DNA of 64,000 nucleotides from Octopus sinensis (Eukaryota): NCBI RefSeq assembly GCF_006345805.1, contig NC_043018.1, positions 4,836,001 to 4,900,000 of the forward strand, read 5' to 3'. Shown piece by piece: positions 12,865 to 23,072 of this stretch (position 1 is its first letter; each line of letters starts with the position of its first letter). The notes under the pieces were generated by a model. It saw only the letters and a program-made list of their open reading frames with translations, ran no database searches and was not told where the DNA came from. The position numbers and the translations under genes were made by a program.

Positions 12865-12963
12865 CGTTTGAGCCTTGGTTACGGCTGAGTGAATAAACGT
12901 TTGAGCCTTGGTTATGGCTGAGTGAATAAACGTTTGAGCCTTGGTTATGGCTGAGTGAATAAA
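12865..12963. repeat. 33-bp tandem repeat x3
   Basis: CGTTTGAGCCTTGGTTA(C/T)GGCTGAGTGAATAAA at 12865, 12898, 12931. Confidence 0.95.
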
Positions 12964-13017
12964 AGTTTGACCAAATGTGTTCCACTTGTGACGCTTGCCC
13001 TTGTTTATGTTCTTTAA

Positions 13018-13225
13018 CCCTTTTGGTACCAACCTGCCTCTCACTTGTCTCTGACTCTCTTGTACAAATGTCTTGTTTTCAAATAGAATTAAAATATTCC
13101 ACCAAATCTTAGTTGTAATTTATGTTCCTAACACAAACTTAAAAAGTTATTTTATTAAATTCTTTGTTATTTTTAAAAGTGAAATAAACACAGAACATCT
13201 CAACAGAAATATGGTAACAAAAGGG
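13018..13225. mobile_element. piggyBac-type MITE
   Basis: TTAA|CCCTTTTGGTACCA at the left end; TGGTAACAAAAGGG|TT at the right end (13/14 TIR match). Confidence 0.65.
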
Positions 13226-13841
13226 TTCCATTTTAAAAAATAATGCCAAGTTTATGTCTTTGTTTTCTTAAATTTTTCTTTATGAGTGAGTATTATTTGA
13301 AGGCAGCTGCTATTTCTAGCAGGTTGAACAACCACATAGTTTTTCTCATTGGGTTAAAAGAGAGTATATAACAAAGGGAAATATAAAACTGTTTGTAGGA
13401 CGGAGGCTGAGTTCCTTGGGTGTTGTCCAATGTCAGTCTCATTACATCTTTGCATATCACTAGGCATGGAACTCCCAAGACTACCTAGAGAAGGTGATGT
13501 TGCAGGCCTGTTACCATTCTTTGGTGCCTGGAGATGCTTCAGAATATTCGGAGGGCATTAATTTGTAATACTGCTAAAGTGGAGTTTCGAAATAAGTGTA
13601 TCACTGTAAATCTGAGGGGACACCATTGAATAGGGAGGAGTGTGGGGAGCAGTACTGTCCAGTGCACACCCTTAGTGATGGGCATGGTTGGCAGCAGTTT
13701 GGCCTCCTGGCAATTGTAACTTGGCCCTTTTCTGTAAGTAGTGAAAGTGTATCTAATCCAATTTGGTTTTCTGTTTTGATTGTTGCCTCATTTCTTGTTG
13801 TGATCCATGTTCAATGTCTCTTTTTCCATTTCTTTTTCCAG

Positions 13842-14035
13842 CTCCGCTTGTCAACGATGAACCAGCAGTGCAGGCTAAGCCCGGTATCATTAAGAGTTTG
13901 GGAAACAGTATAAAATCGTACTTGGTTCGAATAAGAAAAGCAGTTTTCAACCATTCTCTCATCATTGGTCCAGTTGTTGTCACTGCTTTTGTTGTTGGGG
14001 TAACAGTGTTAACGCACCGGAACCGATTCTCTTAA
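13842..14035 (+). CDS. Candidate small secreted/membrane peptide gene, terminal coding exon (cationic amphipathic helix + hydrophobic tail)
   Basis: Strong acceptor (tctctttttccatttctttttccag) ends at 13841. Phase 1 joins exon 9494..9698 to give (A)PLVNDEPAVQAKPGIIKSLGNSIKSYLVRIRKAVFNHSLIIGPVVVTAFVVGVTVLTHRNRFS*. AATAAA at 14397-14402. Confidence 0.6.
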
Positions 14036-15689
14036 CCGATTCCTCGCTCTATGCAGGCGTTATCATATTTTATTAAGAATCTTTAAATTCACTCTTAAAT
14101 AGAAGGAACACAAGATTCAGAATTTGGAGAATTTTTGCCAAGTGACAAGGCATTTCTATAGAAGAGAAGCATAAATGAAAATGGCAAGTTTGAAGAAGTT
14201 CCATTCTTTCTTGTTTAGATTTGAGATAAAAAACAAAATCCAAAGTACCTTTAACTGCTTTCAATGGTGACTAAGATAAGTTGTTATAAAGACTAATTAC
14301 TCTGGTTAATTTGTTATAAAAACGTCTTGGATATAACTTGTGGAATTTTTGAAAGCTGCACCGAGCAAAAAAATAGAAAAATGTTCTCTTCACAAAAATA
14401 AATGCATTTTGCCCCTTTTTGTTATTGTTTTTTGTTGCTATCAATTGGACATCTGACCTAAGACACTCCCGGCAATGACCACTTGCTCATTTGCTTTATC
14501 ATGTTTGATGTTAACTAAACGGCCGCCCATTACACGAATTTTGGCACTTTGGATTGATGCAGCTTTTGTTTCACCTCAGTTCAACATTCACTGAGTTGGC
14601 CTGTAGTTAAAAACGAACCGATGCTCTCTTTCGGTCTTTAGTATTGGCTAGGAAGGAAATTTGGCAGTTTTTGTCTATCAAGCCGAATGGTATGTATTTG
14701 TAATGGAACTCTAAAATCATGACATTACATTACAAGGGTCGAGCTTTGAATTACAAGTACAATCAAATCGAAGAAAGTACTTGAGTCGATTCGTTCGACT
14801 AAAATTCCTCAAGGCGGTGCCCCAGCATGGCCGCCGTCTAATGATTGAAACAAGCAAAATATAAAAGATAACATACTACTACTACCACCACCACCACCAC
14901 CACCACCGAGGATTGAAACTGTAGCGGGGTCATAGATTTCGGCGATGTTATCTCCATCTATAGCATGCGGGTGATATTTACTAAGAGGTAGTCTGTCGAA
15001 AGAATGACGTGTAGAAAAGGGTCCTCAACCGAGTCGCTCGACCTGCTAGAAATAACAAGATATATCCCAGACCAAACCTTTATCGTCTCTAAAAAAAACC
15101 CCAAAAAACTAGATTGTCGAGACTTGAGTGTCTTCGAAATCAAGTTTTGTTTCATCAGCACCGACCAAAATGTAAAGAAAAATAATAATTATCGAAAGGT
15201 TGCTAAATTATCTCTATTTTAATAGCAACAAGCGCTAAAACAGCAACAATAACGACAGCAACAGCAACAACAGCACTTTTGAAATGTCCTGGATAGGAAA
15301 GAGAGGGAGAGAGTAAAGAAGAAAGAAGAGAAAATAAAGAGAGAGAGAACGAGACGACGACGAGAAAAAAGAGAGGATGATGACAAGAGGAGACGAGAGA
15401 GAGAGAGAGAGAGAAGGAGAGGAATGAATGGAAGAAAGGCAAAGAATAAGCAATGAGAGTAAGAAAGTAAAAAAGACGAGTGTTTTGAGAGAAGAAGAAG
15501 GTAGAGATACTAATGGGAGTGAGGAGAAGGAGGAGGAGGAGGAGTTGGTGAATGAAGGAGAGTTGTGGAAGGAGAAGTTGTGGAAGGCGTGACTGAGTAG
15601 GAGTTGAAAAAAGGTGCAGCGAGGAAGACTGAATGCAGGCTAGAAATACCTATCAAGTATAGCATTAATGAAACGTCATTGTCGTGACT

Positions 15690-15761
15690 TCCCATGTGGT
15701 CTAGTGGTTAGGATTCCTGGCTTTCACCCAGGCGGCCCGGGTTCGATTCCCGGCATGGGAA
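15690..15761 (+). tRNA. tRNA-Glu (anticodon TTC)
   Basis: 72-nt cloverleaf: acceptor stem TCCCATG/CATGGGA, D-loop A-box TGGTCTAGTGG, anticodon stem CCTGG/CCAGG with TTC at 15723-15725, T-loop GGTTCGATTCC. Confidence 0.97.
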
Positions 15762-15768
15762 CGTTATA

Positions 15769-15774
15769 TTTTTT
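15769..15774 (+). terminator. Pol III oligo-T terminator of tRNA-Glu
   Basis: T6 run 8 nt downstream of the tRNA 3' end. Confidence 0.8.
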
Positions 15775-16301
15775 CCTTCTCCTTTTTGAGTTTTTTTGTT
15801 GTCAAGTTTTCCTTTGACTGCAGCTTATGCTGGGGCGTCGTCTTTTAAAAGTTTTACTCGGCCAAAATAGTTTCAATTAGTAAATATAAATACGTGTGTG
15901 TATATGTTTGTGCGTGTGCGTGTATATAAAAGCAAAAATGAGCTAAGAGAAATAACTCAAAATGACCAGTGGTGTGTATTTGAACTACAAACATACAAAT
16001 ATACCAAAAGACCTCACAACATTAATTATTGATTAATTAAAATCGTCTCTGCCCCTCAAGGGTGCATTATAATTACTAAATAGTAATTAAAGCTAGCTCC
16101 ACTTGAGAAGAATTCTCCAAAGTTAACATACCATCAAGGAAAAGGACGGACGAGTTTATTGTTTGGAGACGAGAGAACGGTGCTGCATGTGTTCTGTGCT
16201 CAGTAACCGTCATCAGCACGACTATTGTCCCACCCCATCTACTGTAGCCAACGGACTTAGACTTATTCAAAAAAGACGAAAACCTATTTATGCTCTCTTA
16301 T

Positions 16302-17077
16302 CGGCACTTTGTAACATAATTTCTAGGTAACTAAAAAGTTTTAAACTTCGTATACTGGTGGAATGTGTTTATAAAACATCATTTTCTCTTGGCTTTATTG
16401 AGAAAATTCTATAGGTTGTAACATATTTCGTCTAAAATTTCTTGCATTTCGGCAATTTTAACCAATCAATTACCTCCATTGACGTAAATAACATTCTGTG
16501 CATAATGAATATGTCCCTCCTTTAAGAAACAGATTGGGTTTATTTTCATTTGTGAAGAAAAAAGATACTCTTCCCCCACCCCTAACTAACCCTAAATCTA
16601 AAATAGATTGAAATGCAATAGATCGATACTAGGGTTATAATTATGGGTGACAATTTCATACGACACGGCTACGGAAAATAGGATTTTTTTTCTAGCGGTG
16701 TCAAATGAAAATGTCACCTATAATTATGACCCTAGTATCGATCTATTGCATTTCAATCTATTTTAGATTTAGGGTTAGGGGTGGGGGAAGGGTATCTTTT
16801 TTTCTTCACAAATGTAAATAAACCCAATCTGTTTCTTAAAGGAGGGACATATTCATTATGCGCAGAATGTTATTTATGTCAATGGAGGTAATTGATTGGT
16901 TAAAATTGCCGAAATGCAAGAAATTTTAGACGAAATTTGTTACAACCTATAGAATTTTCTCAATAAAGCCAAGAGAAAATGATGTTTTATAAACACATTC
17001 TACCAATATACGAAGTTTAAAACGTTTTAGTTACCTAGAAATTATGTTACAAAGTGCCGTTCAAAAGGAAAAGATCC
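16302..17077. repeat. ~760-bp near-perfect palindrome formed by two inverted copies of a non-autonomous DNA element
   Basis: 16302..~16680 is the reverse complement of ~16685..17059 (roughly 95% by eye) with almost no spacer. Arms contain CCCTAA-like units; the right copy extends to GAAAAGATCC at 17077. Confidence 0.92.
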
Positions 17078-17087
17078 CTCCATTTTG

Positions 17088-17460
17088 TTGTTGATGAGAT
17101 TCACGTTATCCTTCATGAAAATGAACATACTAAAATTTTCATCAGACAAGGACGATCTCTTGACACTCAAGATGTCCGTGTCCAAGGAAAATAAACGTCC
17201 AACGGCAGCACAGGGAGGGTGTTGAACTTGATGAACAAGTCCACCAACACTTGCTCACTCAAGAAGGCAGCATCTGTCAGTAGATCTTTGGAGTTGGTCT
17301 CCAACCAGGTCTTTCCTAAATTCTGGGCCTTGTCCTTCAGTGACCCGTGGCTTCCGCTCTCTTTTTGTTAGGTGACACCACTGAAGAAGTCCTCCTCCAC
17401 CTCTTCATTGTTGCTACCTCCACTGTTGCTGCTCAGTTCCTCAGACTGCTGCCTCATTCA
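17088..17460 (-). mobile_element. hAT transposase C-terminal (dimerisation domain) fragment
   Basis: Minus-strand LVDLFIKFNTLP/AAVGRLFSL..DILSVKRSSLSDENFSMFIFMK matches the hAT 'SSAAVERLFS..R..LSDENF' motif. Confidence 0.8.
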
Positions 17461-17815
17461 CAGTGTGGCGGTTAAGATTCTCTCTGATTTCTCGCTTACA
17501 GAGCGCTGGCATTTATAATAATTACATTCCAGCAAGAAAGATGGAAATGCCATTATATGCACAGCTTATGCTAATGTAGCTCACTTGCTGTCCATTCGAA
17601 CCCCCCACGTGACACAGCGAGGTCATGGATCAAGTGGAAACATCAATCTCTTGACAGGACAAAGAAATTTCCCGCTGTCTTTGCAAGCAACAAGCGGGTA
17701 TCCACCCGCTTGTTGCTTGCCAAACAAGGTCCTGCAAGTTATTTATAATGAGTGGTGTTATATTGGGGTTGAACGAATGACGCGTACAATATTAAATATG
17801 CTGAGACAATATATA

Positions 17816-18278
17816 CAGGGGTTGGACAAAATAATAGAAACACCTTAAAATTTCAAACAAATTTATTTTAATATGGGGTAAAACCGCCCTTGTCAGTAAT
17901 TACAGCTTGAATTCTACTCGTACAAAGTTTGAATTGTTTCCAAAGGAATTTTTGTCTATTCTTCAGCTAAAACAGTCTCCAGTTCTTGAAGTGATGATGG
18001 AGGAGAATATCGACTCCTTACTTTTTTTCTAAAATGCACAATAAAGGTTCAATAATATCGAGATCTGGGGACTGTGGTGGCCAGATAAGATGTTCAACTT
18101 CACTGGAATGTTCCTTGTGCCATTCAGTAACAACTTTAGCTGCGTGAATTGGTGCATTATCATCCTGAATGATTGCATTTCCCTCTGGAAACAGTTCCGC
18201 AACCACAGGATGAATTTGGTCAGATAAAATGTTTAAAAAGTCTTGACTATTAATTCTGCCATGAAGGGAAACCACTGA
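17816..18278 (-). mobile_element. Tc1-like transposon, 3' fragment with one TIR
   Basis: TA|CAGGGGTTGGACAAAATAATAGAAACAC TIR; ORF 18018..18275 has QDDNAPIH and WPPQSPDLDIIE (DD34E motifs). Confidence 0.9.
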
Positions 18279-18799
18279 ACGACAGTGCCGGGTGAAAGGT
18301 AGTGTTTCTTTTTGACTCCGCGTGTGTTGTGCTTAAAAACGTGTTTATATTTTTGAATGTGATAAAATGTAGAATTAGATTATTACCCTGCTTCCAGCTT
18401 CAGTGTTCCTGCCAGGATTTGAAAGATAGGGCAGATGCTCTTCCCCCCATCTTATTTTGTGATTTATTGGGGATTTTTGAAAAACAAGAGGGAATTCGCG
18501 GCGGTGTTTAGTGAACAAATTAAACACACTCCCCGGCAATAGCTAAAACGCGAACCGATCAAGTTTATGTATAAATTTTCTGTTTATATGTTTGTTTCCT
18601 TTTACACAATATAAAAACAACGGCTAATTTTTTTCCGAAGCAGCACCCCCACTAATTTTATCTCCTGGTAGTGAGATTAAAAAGTAACTGGCTTCCTGGA
18701 GAGTCATAATCATCTAAACTGCAACGAGCATGGCTTTCGCCGCCGCAGCAGGAACTGCCTAACACACCGTTTGCATCACATCAATGATGCAGGGACCAG

Positions 18800-19560
18800 G
18801 TTCGAACTCTGGTGTCATATTTCTGAACTTCAGCAAATCCTTCGACATATTTTCTTTCATTTAGCCGCCAATGAGCTGACAAAAACGATATGATGTAAGA
18901 TGAGGGGAAATTTGAATTGATGCCCTTCGCAAAAGAGAATGCACTCTGACTGTCACATTCTCTTCCTTCAGTGGAACCACTCATAACATCCATTAATATC
19001 AGGGACTTAGGAGTAATTGTTGACAATTTCGGCTGGAGAGCTCATATCAACAATAAAGTCGATATGGCTCTCAGGATAAATTCCTAGATGTTCAGAACTT
19101 TCCGGTTCAGAGAACAAGATATCATCATTGCCCCTTTTTCCTCCTTTGTACGGCCACACCTAGAATACCGCTGTCCCTTGGGGTATACCCGCGCCAAACA
19201 AAACATGCAACTTGAGAGAGCATTATCTGGGACAACCTTAAAACATCAAAACTTTATTCTCTTCAATGCCGTCGCGAGCGCCCCATCATTTGCCTAAACG
19301 ACTTTAACATCAAATTCAGAATTCATCCAAGGCTGGGACCGCGTGCCCATATGCCCCCTACACAATTCAGGCTCACAATACATAAATTCACTGCAACATA
19401 ATTTCTTTCCCTCAACAGATCCTTCTCTATTTCACAATATCTCAAAGCAAATCAAAGAAGCAAATGAGTCCATTACCACCAAACGATATCAGGAGAAATG
19501 TCTTCAACGGATACCAAGCCGCCTAGACCTGGTCAGCAACAACTCAAAGGAGCCATGATT
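18800..19560 (+). mobile_element. Highly degenerate CR1/Jockey-group LINE 3' fragment
   Basis: Remnant RDLGVIVD and FVRPHLEY motifs with many frameshifts. Confidence 0.6.
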
Positions 19561-20474
19561 CCATAAAACTTGACTTGAAAATGACTTAACAGATCCTATC
19601 GAGGGATACTTAAGTTAGACTTGGTCTGGGCCAATTTTCATCTAAGATTATATGTAAGTTTTATCACACACACACACACACACAAACAAACAAAAATACG
19701 GATAGAAAAAAGTCACATCTTTAATTGTTGAATTCAGTTTACAAAGCCGACCTTTTCTGTTGAATCAACATATTTTGATACAGAAAATAGCAGTCAAATC
19801 AATACACACAGACACACACACATATCCCTTTGCTTACTGTTTTTAGATTTTGAAGCATCCGTAGAAGGAATTTACTAATTGGATAATCCCAATCTATGTA
19901 GGCTTTTCTTCCTTTCCATTCCCTATACTACATATATGTGACCCTATCGTATTTGCAGAAAGCTCAACAGGAAATAGAAAAAAAGGGGATAATGGTAGAG
20001 TTCACCGTCGAGCTTGCATTTGCCATCGAAAACTATGATGCGATCAAATGAATAACAGTTTCGTACAGCGGAGAGTGAGTGTAGTTTAATCTTAAAGGAT
20101 CTGGCGAAAACTTAGGGATTTTGTTTGTGTAAAAGGAAATCCCTTCGGAGAAGAGGAGGAGGAGGAGGGGGAAGGGAAGAGGAGATAACTGTGGATTACA
20201 CCGACACCGCCTCCCCCCTCTCCGTCCTTCTTGAAGACGCATGGAGGAAGGGAGATAATCGTGAATGAAATGATTCAAGTATGCGTGTGTGTTTACGACT
20301 GTGTGTGCGTGCGTGTGTGTGTGTATTTACAACTGTGTGCGTGTGTGTTTACGACTGTGCGTGTGTGTGTGTTTACGACTGTGCGTGTGTGTGCATGTGT
20401 GTGTGCGTGTGTCCCTGTCTTTGTGCGATGTCGGTTTACACGGAGTAACAAACAAAACCGTTTCTCCCGAAGCA

Positions 20475-20562
20475 ATGGTCAATTTCTACCGGCAAACTTC
20501 CAATTACCTCTGCAATCAGGTTTTCAACAGACCTTTGGATGCTTTCCTCGTAAAGATGGTCG
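20475..20562 (+). CDS. EXD2: EXD2 exon 1 (putative first coding exon)
   Basis: GCAATGG start context; MVNFYRQTSNYLCNQVFNRPLDAFLVKMV; strong donor G|GTGAGT, phase 1 matches exon 2. An alternative in-frame ATG lies at 20556. Confidence 0.65.
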
Positions 20563-23018
20563 GTGAGTAACACTTTCATACACGCGTTACGGGTGTGCTG
20601 GAAACAACAGCTAAATCGCCTTTAAATCATTTATTTCCATAATCCTATGAATTCCCGTCGGTAGAAGAGAAATTGGAAAAAAATTTCTAAAAGTTTCAAA
20701 AAATGAAAAAGTTATGAGGGTTTATATGGGGTCCTTCGACCAGAATTCCTCCAAGAAAATGAATCTGGCGTCGGTTTGGCGAAGAACCAAAACTAAACTT
20801 GTTAAATACCATAGAATATGTGGTTGAGTATTCCAGAGGGAGAAAAGTAAAAATAAAAGAAAGTGAGTTCGATGAAGCAACTGATTCCAGTCTGTGTCTT
20901 ATCGTTTTCATTGTTGAGGACCAAAAACACAGGAACCGTCTCTTTCTTCCGATTCATGCCTTTCGCTATTATTATGTATTCAGCCAGGATTATTCTGGTC
21001 CTTCCTTTGATGTCGTCCAGCTCGCATTTTCGTTTCCTCGCTTCGTTTCTCACCATAGACCCTTCTCTCTAAGACAGGGCTTCTCGACCATATTTTTAAA
21101 ACTACGAACCCTTTGATTCCCATAGAATTCGGATGGTCTTTCAAAACTATACCATGTTTAAAAAGTCCTATTATATTTTTTAATTATATATTACTTGGAA
21201 TTTTTATAAGAAAATTGTTCAAATATTTTGTGCATATCAGAAATGAGCATAAATTTTAACAATAAAATCTTATAAAGACCTTCAAGGGCCATATGGACCC
21301 CATTTGAGAACCATTGCCTTACGATTTGCATACTGGGGTTCTGGGCCCTGATGACATTCCCAAAATACTACACGTTTCTGTTTCTGACGGTTGCAACTGA
21401 AATTCTTATACCCTGTGGAGAAGATTCTGATATATAGTGAATCCACGTCTTGGAGAAAGAAGAGGTAAAAAAAAATGCCGGATAAGGGCACATGAAAGAC
21501 AAAATGTTTTTGGACAAAAATGTTTTTCACAGGCTAAATCAACCGTCCTTCTTCTCCATGAAAGCTATTCCGAAGGCCCGCCGATCAGAGATTACACCAG
21601 TCTCGTGAAACGGGTGTTATAGTAAAAAAATTACCTTCATTTAGTCATTACCCTCCAAAACAAAAACAAATCCTATCGTGAAATAGAAGATTGCTCTTCT
21701 GCTAAACAGTATACAAAATTATCCAAAGTGAAGAACTTGTTCACTGTGTTGTATTCAGTAGACAATTGTACTTTTAACGTACCATCTCCTCTCGCCTGCA
21801 AAGTGAATGAGTGTTGAGACTGTGTGTGGTGAGTCGGACTCTTCGATTCACAGCAGATACAGACCAACATACCCGTTGCTAAGGGGGTGTGCTGGACTGC
21901 ACTGCCTTCTCACTATTCAATGATGTGCCCTCAGCTTTAGAAAGTATAGTTTACAAAATTCTTCCCTCATACAAATTAGTGCTGTAGATTCTCTATGGCC
22001 AAGCTGCTAAATTATGGGGCTGTGAACACTAGTTGTGAATTGGGAGACAAACTCAAAGACACTGCAAGTAGGTAATTGTATGTGGCAAATCGCAATAAGC
22101 CCTAAGGAAACATGTGAATTAAACCCTTGAATGCTCAGGAGGCTCCCTTGAAGTTGTAGCAGTTCCTTTTACCTTGATGACCAACTTAGCAATGGCAGGG
22201 GATGTTCTGAAAGTATTGTTGATTGAATAAGAATAGGATGGTGCAAGTTTGGAGAGTTATTACCTCTGTTGGCAGAAAAGGACCAATATGTCTGGCCACA
22301 TGGGGTTCTTGAGAAGACCTGCCCACCTCAGCGAAATTGAGTTCTAGAAGCACTGTGTGTGCACCCACCTGTAACAACCCACTACTCCTACAACTCAACA
22401 CTACCCTCTCTTCCATTGGGAGCAAATGTAAAGAAGTAATTATCTATGGCTTACTAGAGTCATTAGAGCTTTGGGCAAAATGTCTGGTGTTATTTTATTT
22501 TGGCTTTTTACATCATGAGTTCAATCCAGTTCAGGTTAACTTTTTTATTTTTATCTCTCTGTCATGGGTAAAGTACCAGTTGAGCTGTTGGGGTTGATGT
22601 AATCTTCTCCCCCCAACAAACCCATTCTGCTGGCTTTGTGTCCTGAGCAGGTTGGACCAATTGCTTTCTGGTGTTTTGTCCAGCTTTTTATGTTCACAGT
22701 TCAAATTCCACTGAGGTCAACTTTATCTTTCATCCTTTGGGGGGGGGAGGATAATAATATAAGGACCAGTCAAGCACTAGGGTCAATGTAATTGACTAGT
22801 ACCCTCTCTCAAAATTCCAGGCCTTGTGCCTATAATAGAAAGAATTATTATTATTTAGGCAGTGGGCATGCCGGTCAAAATGCTGAGTGGCATTTTGTCC
22901 ATCTGTACTTTGCCTCTCATCCTTTGCAAAATAAGTACCAGTTGTAATCTGGGGTTGTTGTAATTGACTTAACCCCTCCCCAGGATTTGCTGGTCTTGTG
23001 CCAAAATTAGAAGAATCC

Positions 23019-23072
<54 letters not shown>

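Noticed and set aside
20696-21116. Four overlapping ORFs on both strands in EXD2 intron 1
   Set aside because: No recognisable domain or consistent splice signals.
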